Assembly (NCBI GenBank): GCA_051599415.1 | Contig: AP039703.1 | Coordinates: forward strand, 62,001-126,000 | Source of the DNA: Savitreella phatthalungensis | Lineage: Eukaryota | Direction: 5' to 3' | DNA: 64,000 bases | Shown here: positions 1 through 10,649 of the stretch, one piece after another | Layout: each line of letters starts with the position of its first letter | Position numbering within the stretch: position 1 is the stretch's first letter | Translations under genes and position numbers: made by a program | The notes under the pieces: model-generated | What the model was told of the DNA's origin: nothing | Seen by the model: the letters and a program-made list of their open reading frames with translations, nothing else | Database searches by the model: none

Positions 1-1912
1 CGCCCCGACTTAAATCTGCTGGGGTGGATGTCTGCGAACGTGAGACAGGCACTGATGCTGCTGCCGAGCTGCCGGAGACCGTCAGGTTGTCCAAGTTGCG
101 TGAGAGCGATGAGACTGCCCAACTAGTCCAGCCGCCTTCAGACGATGCCGCTGGGGTGGAAGCGCCGGACCTGCCTGCAGACGGGGTCGCACCATTTGAC
201 GAAGTCGGGATCAGCGGTGCCGTCGCAGGATGAATGTCGGCCAAAGTGTTTGCACGGGCCAGGAGAGTCTCCGTCGTAGTCCTCGCAACGATACGGATCT
301 CCTCTACAGGGTCAAGGAGCAAGCCGACGACAGCCGGCAAAAGTCTCCCACAGAGTTGTTCTGGATCGTATTCCTCCGCGGTCGCTCCGGCTGCCTTGAG
401 TGCGGCCTCACGAGCAGGTGCAAAGGGATCTTTCGCCGCACGCGAGAGTGCTGCGGACAGTACTTTCGGTCTTGTCCGTTTATCAATCCGAGGCGCGACC
501 TTGGCAAGACAGATAGTCGTGTTTGTACGGATGCCAGGTTCACGGTCGCCCGCAGTCTTAGCGAGAGCCTTTAAGAGCGGTCCATTTATGGCTCGATCGT
601 TCAAGCGAGGTAGGAGCTCAACTGAGGCCAAAAGGGCGCGCTCGCGTAGTGCTGGCGCAGGATCTGAAAATGAGGCTTCCAGGCTGGCAAGCACGCGATC
701 GTTGATGTGCTTCTCGGTCAGGTAGGGCGCACAGACCGGCACACGTTCCAGCAGTAGAAGGCGGAGCGCACGATCCTGTGAAGACCAGAGTCGGGCAAGC
801 ACCGGCTGCACAAGCCGCTCAGCATCAGCCTCGCTCATGCTGCCGGCCAGCCTGACAATCGCCTCAAGTGCCGGTGCGCCGGCACCGCCAAACTCAAGAG
901 CCTTGACCACCTCGGGCAACAGGCGATGCGCGGCGTAGCCAGGGGGTAAACGTGTCAGCTCTCCCATGTGCTCCGACAAGAATTGCTCGACCTCTTCCTT
1001 TGGCTTTAACGGCAATTGTGGTACCTGCTCGGCGAGCGTGATGATACTTGACCTGAACCAACCACCTTGCCGTCTTCCGTGCTCAACGAAGTCTGCAATC
1101 GGCATACGTTGCTTTGCTGACGGCAGCAATAGTCGACGCCATTGCGTCAGACACTCTTTTGGGATCTTTCCAGGACTCGTTGCGGCTGTCGATGACGGCG
1201 GAGAATCATTGAAAAGTGACGCGAACAAGCAACCATATTGATATGCATCGACAGAACCAATAGGCACGTCTGAGACGCCACTATATCCACGCTGCTGCAT
1301 ATCCGGCGGTACGGGAGCATCTGAGCGCGGAATCGTTGTGCCAAAGCGCGCTAGAAGTGACGAGCTAGATCCTGCTTCGTCATCCCGCATGGAGGAGAGA
1401 CACTCGAAGCCTCCGAGCTTCCATTCGCCTGCTGCATCGCAGAATACTGCATCCAGACTCAGGTTGCCATGCACGCTGGCTGCGTCGCCATTGACGAACT
1501 TCATCGTTTCTGCAATTTGGTAAAGTCCCCAGAGCAATCTCTCCTTGTCCTGTCCAAGGGCAGGTGTCAGCTGTTGACGCAGGGGCTCGACGCGTTCAGT
1601 CACTGCCCAGACCGCGTCCGGTGTTTCGTGTGAGCTGAGGAAGCGGATGACGCCAGGATGTCGCAGGGATCGGAGCTTGAGCACATAGTTGTCCGCTAAT
1701 TCGCGCAGCCGCCTGTCAGCACCGCCTGCAGATGAAGAAAAGTCAAAATGAAAGACTGTTACATCCGTATCGCCGCCAGCCGCAGCAGCATCCTTGCGCG
1801 TTCCATTATACAGTGTGTACCACCGTTCTCCGGGCGATGTGATGCGGTCACCGAGTGTCACGCCTGGCGGTCCACCACCTGCGGATGACAACACTGACTT
1901 TAGAAAGTTCAT
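1..1912 (-). CDS. CEX1: SCY1-like pseudokinase with HEAT repeats (Cex1/SCYL1 family), 3' end runs off the window
   Basis: Not in the ORF track, consistent with no stop codon before the window edge. My translation from the ATG at 1912 gives MNFLKSVLSSAGGGPPGVTLGDR...YVLKLRSLRHPGVIRFL, matching the SCY1-family 'LRHPG(V/I)' N-lobe. Confidence 0.85.
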   Translation of the reverse strand, partial: MNFLKSVLSSAGGGPPGVTLGDRITSPGERWYTLYNGTRKDAAAAGGDTDVTVFHFDFSSSAGGADRRLRELADNYVLKLRSLRHPGVIRFLSSHETPDAVWAVTERVEPLRQQLTPALGQDKERLLWGLYQIAETMKFVNGDAASVHGNLSLDAVFCDAAGEWKLGGFECLSSMRDDEAGSSSSLLARFGTTIPRSDAPVPPDMQQRGYSGVSDVPIGSVDAYQYGCLFASLFNDSPPSSTAATSPGKIPKECLTQWRRLLLPSAKQRMPIADFVEHGRRQGGWFRSSIITLAEQVPQLPLKPKEEVEQFLSEHMGELTRLPPGYAAHRLLPEVVKALEFGGAGAPALEAIVRLAGSMSEADAERLVQPVLARLWSSQDRALRLLLLERVPVCAPYLTEKHINDRVLASLEASFSDPAPALRERALLASVELLPRLNDRAINGPLLKALAKTAGDREPGIRTNTTICLAKVAPRIDKRTRPKVLSAALSRAAKDPFAPAREAALKAAGATAEEYDPEQLCGRLLPAVVGLLLDPVEEIRIVARTTTETLLARANTLADIHPATAPLIPTSSNGATPSAGRSGASTPAASSEGGWTSWAVSSLSRNLDNLTVSGSSAAASVPVSRSQTSTPADLSRG

Positions 1913-2419
1913 AGCCTTCAGACCTGCGTACGAAGCATCTGCTGAAGATGTCTGTGGTCCTCACACAAAGCACTCGATCGCGTATCGAAGGAAGGTTGCC
2001 AGCAAATAACCTGGTCAGAGAGATAACAGATCTTCACGCTTGTGCACCAAGCTGATTTAGAAAGAAAGCCAGAAACACGTGTAGAAGCATCCAGATATCT
2101 AGAGGCCTGTAGCGTGATGTCAACTCATCTTTTCAGCAGCGCATTCCATGGTCTTTCACCTCTCTCTGTGGTCGACATGCCTGCAAAATGACCGCTCCTG
2201 GTGAACAGTAGACCTTGGGATTCCATGTCACACGCAATGACACAGATCATGGATGAAGCCTTTGCCAGCTGATCTATCTACAGGGAATGACACCAATTAG
2301 AGACAACGAAATGAAACTTTGACCTTGTCATTTCCTTGATTTACTAAGTAGATCTCGAGCTAACGAGTTAACGAGCTTTGCACGTGATAGGTTTGATGGG
2401 TTCGGGTCGCATCATCACC

Positions 2420-2923
2420 TTAAGAGATGACATCGCGACGGTGACCGAAGGCCGTGAGAACGACGCCGAGTCCAACAGTCTGGAGCAGTGCGGTGACGGA
2501 CTTGATGGCTGTGTACTCGAGCGGACGCTTCTCGGAGAAAGTGGAGGAGATAATACCGGGAACGGAGGTAGCACCAAAGACGATTAGACCGAGGTAAGCT
2601 GCACCCTTGTACGAGACAGTTCCGGTGAGCTGGAGGAGCGCGGAGATAGCGTATGTCTGGACACCAGAGGAGATGAGGGATGCGCCGTAGATTGAGGCTG
2701 CAGACTGAGCCTCCTTGGTCTTCCAGAACTCGGAGTTCTTGTCAGAGTTCATGACCTTCTCCCATGTCTGGCCAAAGAGAGGGCCGTAGACGAGAGCAGA
2801 GGTGACATGCTCGTAGATGGTACCGACGAGCAGTGCTGCTGGGCGGATGGCAGGGAAGTAGTTGAGGGGCAGAGATGCGTTGGGCGAGGAGAAGTTGCCT
2901 CCGGTGTACGATGAGCTGACCAT
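2420..2923 (-). CDS. DUF1761-like small multi-pass membrane protein (167 aa)
   Basis: First in-frame ATG is at 2923 (MVSSSYTGG...). Contains 'YGPLFGQTWEKVM' and about 4 hydrophobic segments, as in DUF1761 proteins. Codon usage looks strongly biased. Confidence 0.75.
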   Translation of the reverse strand: MVSSSYTGGNFSSPNASLPLNYFPAIRPAALLVGTIYEHVTSALVYGPLFGQTWEKVMNSDKNSEFWKTKEAQSAASIYGASLISSGVQTYAISALLQLTGTVSYKGAAYLGLIVFGATSVPGIISSTFSEKRPLEYTAIKSVTALLQTVGLGVVLTAFGHRRDVIS

Positions 2924-3822
2924 ATTTACTTGATTAAGTGAGATTGCTTTTGCAAAGGTTGTGACTGTGCTAGTGTTGGTCAAGATGAAATGTAGCGATC
3001 GCCTGGAGTTCAAGTAGTCGTGCGCCGGAGTGAGAGGGAGGAGTGAGACGTGGTGGTGGACGTCATGGTGATGGTTGTGTCTGTGGTGTCTGTGTGGGTA
3101 GACCGGTGAAGCGGTGTGAGTGAGCTGGCTGGATGTGTATGTGTGTGAGTGTGTGTGGGTGGGTACGTGGTTGCAGACCTGTGAGCGACGATGATGACTG
3201 AACGCAGGTGGGAATGTGCGTCACTCTGGACAAACAAAGCCAGCTCAGTATGCTAGTTCACCTGGTTATACAGTGATTCCAGTGTAATTCAGTGCAATTC
3301 TGGGGCTTCAAAGGCATTCTACGGTTTTCGGTTTTTGATCGGTTAATGTAAACGACCTCAGATACGCATCATCCACAATCACATGATGACGTCGATTGGA
3401 TTGCGAATTAAGCTCAAAGCCCAGTATTATAGTTAGTTACAATAGCTTGTACAGATACATCTGCTCTCAGGCAATTCTATCATTCAATAAAATCACCATA
3501 CATTCTGGCAATTTCGCTTTATACTTAACAGAAGCTCTTTGAGTCCAGCAGCCAATCAGTACGTGCATCATCAGCCACGCTACCCAAGTCAACCATCAAG
3601 ACGGCTAATCCGAGCCTCATGGAACTGGTTCGACAGCCAGCCAACGAGGCTGAGGAACGCTTCACGCTGCAATGCAGGGAGTCCTTACCAGATCCATTAG
3701 CACCATTAGCACCATAGCCCCCTACACGATCACGCCAGAAGTATCGGCAACAATTGGCACAGAAGACTCTGTTTCCATCACAACTGTATAAATCGAAGCC
3801 TTCTTGATTGGCTCTGACTCGA

Positions 3823-4644
3823 TCAGGCGTTGTATGTAAATTTGCGGAGCTGTATGCTGCTCTTGCTCGTGTCTCCAACACGAGACGAGGTAGTCTGATT
3901 CGGTCGCGTACCCATGAGCTGATCAGACTGATGAGTCCTCACCGCTACGTGTGATGCAGGGATAAAGTATGGTCTTCGAACAGAAGCGGAGACCGGCGTC
4001 GAATTCCTCTGCACTGGGGTCGGTAAGCCGTTACGTTTTGGAGGCGCCGCAAGTGCTGCAGGGCGGCCATTGACCGCGGAAGACAGGGGTGTGAATGATC
4101 GATTGGTTGACAGCGGCAATGCTGGCCTTGTCGACGCTGGCCGCGCAAAAGTGCTCGCATTGGACTCTCTCGATCTTGGTCTAAAATACGTGCTCGTCTT
4201 GGGACGTTGTGGTGTTGAGTATCGGACGGGACTGCGCTCGATTTCGTTTACGTGCATCCGAGCGGCGCTCGTTCGGACAGGCTGCACTGGAACAACAAAG
4301 TTATCCTTTGCGATTTGTCCGTTGGTCGAGATTGATTTACTCGTTAATCTTGATCGATCTGTGACAATAGCCGCGGAGCTCGTCGACAGTGGCGTAGTCG
4401 GCTTCTGAGTTCGATTAGCTAGCACTTCCAGCGGTCGAGCTCCTTCCAAAGTTGCTGCCATAGTAAGCAAAGGGGCGAGCTGTTGTCTCAATACTCTCCC
4501 TAGCGACGATACATCAGCGCAAGTAGGATTGAGCTGACCACATGCTTGACAAGGCAGGGCTATGCGGTCGATCCGATCCTCAGAGCCTTCTGGCCAGAGA
4601 TGCTCGTCAAGCTGGGCGTAGCAGAAAGAACACTGACGAGACAT
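3823..4644 (-). CDS. Hypothetical protein with N-terminal CxxC-x23-CxxC putative zinc ribbon and S/P/R-rich disordered tail
   Basis: 273-aa ATG-initiated ORF containing CSFC...CQAC, divergent from the oxidase gene. No family recognised. Confidence 0.5.
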   Translation of the reverse strand: MSRQCSFCYAQLDEHLWPEGSEDRIDRIALPCQACGQLNPTCADVSSLGRVLRQQLAPLLTMAATLEGARPLEVLANRTQKPTTPLSTSSAAIVTDRSRLTSKSISTNGQIAKDNFVVPVQPVRTSAARMHVNEIERSPVRYSTPQRPKTSTYFRPRSRESNASTFARPASTRPALPLSTNRSFTPLSSAVNGRPAALAAPPKRNGLPTPVQRNSTPVSASVRRPYFIPASHVAVRTHQSDQLMGTRPNQTTSSRVGDTSKSSIQLRKFTYNA

Positions 4645-4935
4645 GCTTACTGCGAATACAGTGATATACTGCCGAGTACATTCACATGATTGTTTGCCAC
4701 TGTTTCAGGTCAGTCGCCGGTATGTGACGCGGTGCGCCAGTACTACCAGTCAAAATCTTTCAGATTTTGCCTCTTGGAAGCATTTCGTATACTGATCATT
4801 GTATTCGTGCATTCGCGTGCTCCATGCGGATCGATAAAAGGGCTGCAATCAGCTCGGCATCTTCCCCAGATAAATGTGGAGTTGAGGCAGGGGCACGATA
4901 CCGACAGCCAAGTGGAAGAGCAGCCGCGCATCAGG

Positions 4936-6207
4936 ATGAAGTACGCTCCCACGCAACATAGCGAGTACCAGCGCGAGATCTACGGTGCATTTGCTCCGCC
5001 GCGGTTCTCAACTGATCCCCAGCTCCTGCAAGAACAAGCGCACAAGAAACTCACCAAGGAAGCTTGGGATTACATCGATGGGTCGGCAGCTCTCGGCTCA
5101 ACGTACCGCTTCAACAGGCAAGCATTTGACAACTACCGTTTGGTGCCACGAATGCTACGCAATGTGACCGCTCGTTCTGCTCGTGTCGAGGTCTTTGGCA
5201 AGGTCTATGCTTCTCCTGTCTTCCTCGCACCTATCGGTGTCCAGGGTCAAGCTCACAAGCAAGGCGAAGAGGCGACTGCCCGTGCAGCTCGTGAGCTCGG
5301 CGTGCCTATGATTCTCTCGACTGCCGCGACCCGAACGATCGAAGAAGCAGCGACAGCCAATGGAGACGGTGAGCGCTGGTATCAGCTCTACTGGCCAAAG
5401 AGCGACGAGGTCACCATCTCTCTCTTGAACCGCGCCAAACAGGCTGGATACACGACGCTCGTGGTCACGCTCGATACTTTCGTGCTGGCTTACAGATCTC
5501 GCGATCTCGACTCGTCTTACCTGCCTTTCCTCTTCGGCCAAGGTACGCAGATCGGATTTAGCGATCCCGTGTGGCAGGCCAAGTTCGAGAGCGAGCCATC
5601 CGGTACGCTTGCAGACTTATTTGGCTTGCTAGCGAAGGCGCCGAATCCCTGGCAGCTGCTGCGATTATTGCTCAACGCAAAGACGATTGCAAAGTCCCGA
5701 GCCTGGCTGGAGGAGATGAATTCCGGCACGTACAAGTCATGGGAGGATTTAGAGCTGCTGAAGAAGCATTGGACGCATGGTCCGATCGTGCTCAAGGGCA
5801 TCCAGTCAGTCGAAGACGCACGCTTGGCTGCGAAGCACGGCATGGATGGCATCATCGTTTCAAACCACGGTGGCAGGCAGGTCTCCGGGGCTGTCGCTTC
5901 ATTGGACGCCCTTGCAGTCATTGCAGCTGATTCGGAGGTCAAGCAGAGCGGTATCACGATCCTATTCGACTCGGGCATCCGAACGGGCGCGGACATCATC
6001 AAGGCACTGGCACTTGGAGCCAAGGCGGTGCTGCTTGGCAGGCCGTATGTCTACGGCCTCGCGCTCGACGGTCAGCGCGGCGTAGAGGCCGTGGTCAAGG
6101 GCTTGCTTGCCGATCTCGAGATCACCATGGGAAATGTCGGCATTGACGAGCTAGTTCCCGAGGCATTAGAGGGGCTGGTGCAAATCTCGCCGAGGCCATC
6201 GTTGTAG
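4936..6207 (+). CDS. FMN-dependent alpha-hydroxy acid oxidase (lactate 2-monooxygenase-like)
   Basis: Motifs LVPRMLR, LAPIG, WYQLYW, LVVTLD, IVLKGI, catalytic SNHGGRQ, DSGIRTGADIIKALALGA and GRP. Probable start MKYAPTQHSEYQREIY at 4936. Confidence 0.95.
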   Translation: MKYAPTQHSEYQREIYGAFAPPRFSTDPQLLQEQAHKKLTKEAWDYIDGSAALGSTYRFNRQAFDNYRLVPRMLRNVTARSARVEVFGKVYASPVFLAPIGVQGQAHKQGEEATARAARELGVPMILSTAATRTIEEAATANGDGERWYQLYWPKSDEVTISLLNRAKQAGYTTLVVTLDTFVLAYRSRDLDSSYLPFLFGQGTQIGFSDPVWQAKFESEPSGTLADLFGLLAKAPNPWQLLRLLLNAKTIAKSRAWLEEMNSGTYKSWEDLELLKKHWTHGPIVLKGIQSVEDARLAAKHGMDGIIVSNHGGRQVSGAVASLDALAVIAADSEVKQSGITILFDSGIRTGADIIKALALGAKAVLLGRPYVYGLALDGQRGVEAVVKGLLADLEITMGNVGIDELVPEALEGLVQISPRPSL

Positions 6208-6388
6208 AAGAAGCACAGTAGCAGGACAGTCGCGCAAGTATTGATTGGACACAACGAACACATTTGTAGACATGGAGATGGAGTCGCGCGGAGTTCTGAT
6301 GAAGTCGTATCCTTTTATTTGAAAAATGACAGGTCGTAAGAGGATGATAAGGGTAGATTGAGTGATGCAGGTTATCGCGCTTGCAATC

Positions 6389-6709
6389 TCAGAAGGTGAG
6401 TGCTGCTCCCTTGGTCTTCTTGTCACCGCCAAGCTCGAAGTGCTTGCAACGCTTGAGAGCAATCTGCATCTTGTACTTGCAAGATGTGCACTCGAGTCTC
6501 AGGACGACCTTCTTTGTCGTCTTTGCCTTCTTGTGGAAGACAGGCTTGGTCTGACCACCGTAACCAGACTGCTTTCGGTCGTAACGACGCTTTCCCTGAG
6601 CTGCGAGCGAGTCCTTACCCTTCTTGTACTGCGTCACCTTGTGCTGCGTGTGCTTGCGGCAGTTCTTGCCCTTGCAGTATGTCTTGCGTGTCTTGGGAAT
6701 GTTGACCAT
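6389..6709 (-). CDS. RPL42: 60S ribosomal protein eL42 (L42/L44), intronless CDS
   Basis: [15 protein letters not shown]...[32 protein letters not shown]...RCKHFELGG, 106 aa. Confidence 0.98.
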   Translation of the reverse strand: MVNIPKTRKTYCKGKNCRKHTQHKVTQYKKGKDSLAAQGKRRYDRKQSGYGGQTKPVFHKKAKTTKKVVLRLECTSCKYKMQIALKRCKHFELGGDKKTKGAALTF

Positions 6710-7618
6710 CTTGACAGCTGTACAGAACCTCACTCTGCAGCTCGGTGTCTTCTTTTGGTGGTGTTGCGGTGGCTCTGGAAGCTGTGCGCCTAGCTGTGAT
6801 TCTGGCGATTGGAGGTTTGGAGCTGCCTCGAGACCCTTGCACGCACCAGAGCCGTGTAGCCGTACGTAGCTGGATCCTCCCTGGTTGCCCGTGCCCTGCC
6901 TCGCGCACCTGCGCGTGAGTGTGTGTGTGTGTGTGTAGACGGGCTCACAGAATACAGAGAGAGCAAAGAGAGAGGAAGAGCTAGAGAGATTGCGTACTGG
7001 CCAGAGAGAGAATACAAGAAATTCTGTAAATTTTATTAGCACGATCAAAGACTTTGTAATGTCAGTGAATCATGCATTAAACTTCTCCGATATCAAATAA
7101 TCCTCGTCCCACGCTCCTCGACGACTGATCACCTTCGAACTCCGTTGAACTGAATATAACACGCATTATTGACGAGTATATATGCAGCACAATATTGGCG
7201 GACAATTCTGACTGGCGATGTCGAAAGAAAATAGCACGTGCAAGAATGCGAGATCAGCATTCATCCCAAGACAGAACTGCGGATATATACGATTATAGAT
7301 ACACGTGTAGACCTTTGTATCTTCAATCGGATACATATAAATTATATGCACGGTCTAGATCTATCTTCGTGGTACATACGTCCTTTGCTCAATTAGCACG
7401 ATTCTATGTCGATATCACGATCAATCTTTTCCAAGGGCTTACTCGATCGAGTCACTGTATCTGTCTGTATACACATCACTTAGCGTCATAACGGAATAGG
7501 TCATAGCCTTCCTGGAGACGTTCAGATCACCCACGCATAACCAAGCTCTACTGTTCAGCGGCGAATAATTTTGTGGATAGCCTCAGGCAGACCCTCGCGA
7601 CGATCCTGGTGTCGCGAC

Positions 7619-9538
7619 ATGGCTGAGCCCAGGATTGTCTCAATCTTGCCATCAAGCACGGTTCACACGCGCCTGCTGCTTTGTGATGGAGAAGTACCAG
7701 GCGCTGCCTCCGGTCGAGTACAGATCATACCTCACAACCAGCACGTGGCTTCACAGTCCAGCTTTGTCTCATCAGATGGGAAGTTCATTGCGCTGATACC
7801 TCTTCTGCCCGGCGATAATGAAATACAATTGCTATGGCAAGATGACCGCAGCGGACAGCTTCATCGCGGGGCGTTCTACGTGACATATGTTCCCCTGCTC
7901 CAGAATCCGCCACTGAAGCTCGTCATGATAGTAGCCAAGGATTCACCGCTTGTATATGATGATGCGCCTAACCCTCGTCATCCTCCCACTCTCGAGACTG
8001 CCATCAAAAAGTTCAGACTTGCTGCATACATGTGGGCAGCATACACATCGAAACAGATGGCTGCAAACGGCTTTGGTGAACGGACTTTCAGATTGGACGA
8101 GGCATGGCTACCGGACTCTCTGTCCAGCCAGGATGTACAGAGCAATATCTGGCGCCAGACAGCAAAAGTGCTAATTCTTCGAAGCAAGTACACAACCGCT
8201 GAGATCCGTGATCCCAAACGGGCTCAGCAGAACAAAGACGCAGGTGCCGCAAATTCACTTTTCGACATCGCCATACAGACACTTGAGCAGTATCCGGAGA
8301 CCAATGGTCCACGTGAACACGTCTCAGCCATGTTCCTCGATGCACACTATGAAGCGAGGCAAAACCTCATCACCGGCCATGCGGCACTTGGTGGCGGCAA
8401 CAGTCAATACGCTCTGGCGATTTTTGGCAGTCATTTGATTTTCAGCTGGCCTGCTTGCCTTGAAGAGATTGAGTCTTGTTTCCTTGATACACGCGACGTC
8501 GACAAGCGCTATTGTGGTATCGATGGGGAAGGCCGGAAATATTTTGCCGCGTGTGCTGTCGGCATTGGCGCCTTCATGCACGAGACAGGACATCTGTACG
8601 GTTGTCCGCATCAGGAATCTGGCGTTATGCTTCGAGACTATCCCAGGCTTCATCGATCGTTCACGACAGCGGAGCCACAACACGTCGATTCCGTGGTGTC
8701 TCGTGGAGTGTGCGATTGGCATAGGCTCGATATCTTAAGGTTCTTGGACCATCCCGCTTTCGCTCTGCCCTCAGATGTCCGACAACCAAAAGGCAGCATC
8801 ACGAGCATGGCAACGGAGGAAGGCGTCCTGGTAACGTGCAACTCAGGTCTCCGGTGCATCGAGCTCTACCTCGACGGCCATGAGTTCCCACGAGCCTGGA
8901 TCGAGACCAACTCAAAGCCACGGCTGATCATCTCTGAAAATGAGCTACGAGATTGTATCATCCGTCGTCACGGCGATTCGCACGATGCTCGGACGCGCAA
9001 ATTGCGCTGCAATATCATGGCACGTACAGGTGAACAGGTCAACCTCGATGATGTAGGCGACCTCATGCGGCCCGTCCGACTTCCTGGTGTCGGGGGAAAC
9101 AAGGGAAAGGCCTTCAAATCTGGCTGGTATGGCATTAATGACGGCAAGTACTCGGAAATCTTCCTTCCGGATGAGATCGAGCTGATACGCGTTTGGTGCG
9201 GAGATGCACTAGACGGTATCGAGGTTTTTGCGCGCTCTCAACAAGCGACGGACATCAATGTTCCCACTGTGCAGCTGGTCGGCAGCCGTGGCGGTAGGCC
9301 GCATGACTTCTTCATCACGCCCGGCGAGCGCATCGCTTCACTTAATGTACGATCCGGCCTCTGGATGGACGCTGTGCAATTCGTGACGACTAGAGGCCGC
9401 ACATCGCCGTGGTTCGGCAACACTCAAGGCGGCTCACAACATGCTATTGTATGTCCCGAAGGCTACGTAATTTGTGGCATTCGTGGCGAGGTAGGAGACT
9501 GGCTCAACAAGCTCGGCACATTTTACACGAAGATCTGA
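7619..9538 (+). CDS. Putative zinc metallopeptidase with C-terminal jacalin-like lectin domain (YIL108W-like)
   Basis: HETGHLYGCPH fits HExxHxxGxxH; also GHAALGG. The C-terminal beta-prism-like part (VRSGLWMDAVQF, SPWFGNTQGG, ICGIRGEVGDWL) is jacalin-like. No signal peptide seen. Confidence 0.88.
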   Translation: MAEPRIVSILPSSTVHTRLLLCDGEVPGAASGRVQIIPHNQHVASQSSFVSSDGKFIALIPLLPGDNEIQLLWQDDRSGQLHRGAFYVTYVPLLQNPPLKLVMIVAKDSPLVYDDAPNPRHPPTLETAIKKFRLAAYMWAAYTSKQMAANGFGERTFRLDEAWLPDSLSSQDVQSNIWRQTAKVLILRSKYTTAEIRDPKRAQQNKDAGAANSLFDIAIQTLEQYPETNGPREHVSAMFLDAHYEARQNLITGHAALGGGNSQYALAIFGSHLIFSWPACLEEIESCFLDTRDVDKRYCGIDGEGRKYFAACAVGIGAFMHETGHLYGCPHQESGVMLRDYPRLHRSFTTAEPQHVDSVVSRGVCDWHRLDILRFLDHPAFALPSDVRQPKGSITSMATEEGVLVTCNSGLRCIELYLDGHEFPRAWIETNSKPRLIISENELRDCIIRRHGDSHDARTRKLRCNIMARTGEQVNLDDVGDLMRPVRLPGVGGNKGKAFKSGWYGINDGKYSEIFLPDEIELIRVWCGDALDGIEVFARSQQATDINVPTVQLVGSRGGRPHDFFITPGERIASLNVRSGLWMDAVQFVTTRGRTSPWFGNTQGGSQHAIVCPEGYVICGIRGEVGDWLNKLGTFYTKI

Positions 9539-9683
9539 CATTATCACGTGCATTTCCTGTCAGCGGATGAATTTCCCCACTTACCGAAAGCGGCATTACT
9601 CATGCACTATCGGCAACAGCCTTACAGAGAACAACGTCCTGAAGACTGCATCTTGCCAGAGCGACGCAGTCCACTCGTCGACA

Positions 9684-10649
9684 ATGTCAGCAGCAGGGAA
9701 GGCGTCTGAGCTGCTGCCACTTGAACGAATCAGTGACAGATTCTACATATATGAGCCAGACCCGGAATCGCCAGCACCGGACAATGGACGCAACGACAAG
9801 GAGCCTTCCTTAGTGCTCCTATTCTCCTTCATGGGCGCGGCGCTCCAGCATATGCGAAGGCAATATGTCGCTGGTTTCCACGAAAGATTCCCGCACGCAC
9901 GAATTGTCCTGGTCCTTGCATTGCCTCGCGACTGGCGGCCATTCGCGCGCTTCGAGCACGAGTACGATACACTTCTTGATCTCTTGGCTGCTCGCTGCGA
10001 TATCACAGACCTTGCCAGATCGGATGCGCTACGTGGCACGTACATCCACTGCATGAGTAATGGTGGCTGCTGGTGCTTGCGCGCTCTGGTCAACCGGGCT
10101 GCAATCCGAACGCGCGCGTCCGAGGTCATTCTTAGGCCAAGAACTGTCGTATTCGACTCTTGCCCCGGCCGTGCGAGTTATGGCGTCACAGTAGCGGCAT
10201 TCACGGCAGCCTTGGCTCCTCCACCGCGAAAAATCTCTGCGCCGTCACCTGATGGACCACAAGCGACGCAGAAACCAGCAAGATCGCCGTCATTTCTGTC
10301 GCGTGTTACGCGCAAGCTCGGTCTCGGCCTGCTCGTCACGATCATCACACTATGGTATGGCTTCTCTCGGGTGAAAAGATTTGTGACGCGACGTGACGTG
10401 ATTGAGGAGCTTCGTGATCAGACAGTGCTCGCGCAACTGGTCGCGACACACTCACGAACGTACATCTACAGCGACGGCGACAAGCTCATCCGATCCGTCG
10501 ACGTCGAGGAGCATGCCAGCCACGCTCGCTCTGCAGGACATGCCGACGTCCGCCTCGAGAAATTCCCATCCACTTCACAGCACGTCGTCCACAGTCGCAC
10601 TGATCCACAACGCTATTGGTCAATCATTGAAAAGGCGTGGCGGTCGTAG
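9684..10649 (+). CDS. DUF829/TMEM53/PaxU-like alpha/beta-hydrolase-fold protein
   Basis: Motifs LFSFMGA, HCMSNGG, VFDSCPG, YIYSDGDKLI and HVVHSRTDPQRYW. Confidence 0.85.
   Translation: MSAAGKASELLPLERISDRFYIYEPDPESPAPDNGRNDKEPSLVLLFSFMGAALQHMRRQYVAGFHERFPHARIVLVLALPRDWRPFARFEHEYDTLLDLLAARCDITDLARSDALRGTYIHCMSNGGCWCLRALVNRAAIRTRASEVILRPRTVVFDSCPGRASYGVTVAAFTAALAPPPRKISAPSPDGPQATQKPARSPSFLSRVTRKLGLGLLVTIITLWYGFSRVKRFVTRRDVIEELRDQTVLAQLVATHSRTYIYSDGDKLIRSVDVEEHASHARSAGHADVRLEKFPSTSQHVVHSRTDPQRYWSIIEKAWRS

Noticed and set aside
3928..3970. Hammerhead-like CTGATGAGTCC
   Set aside because: Lacks the GAAA after stem II and lies antisense within a probable CDS.
6710..7048. N-terminal extension of RPL42 in the ORF track (similar extensions at 4690, 7571, 35582, 41424, 46449, 55289)
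   Set aside because: They start at non-ATG codons and run through promoter or UTR-like sequence; homology begins at downstream ATGs.
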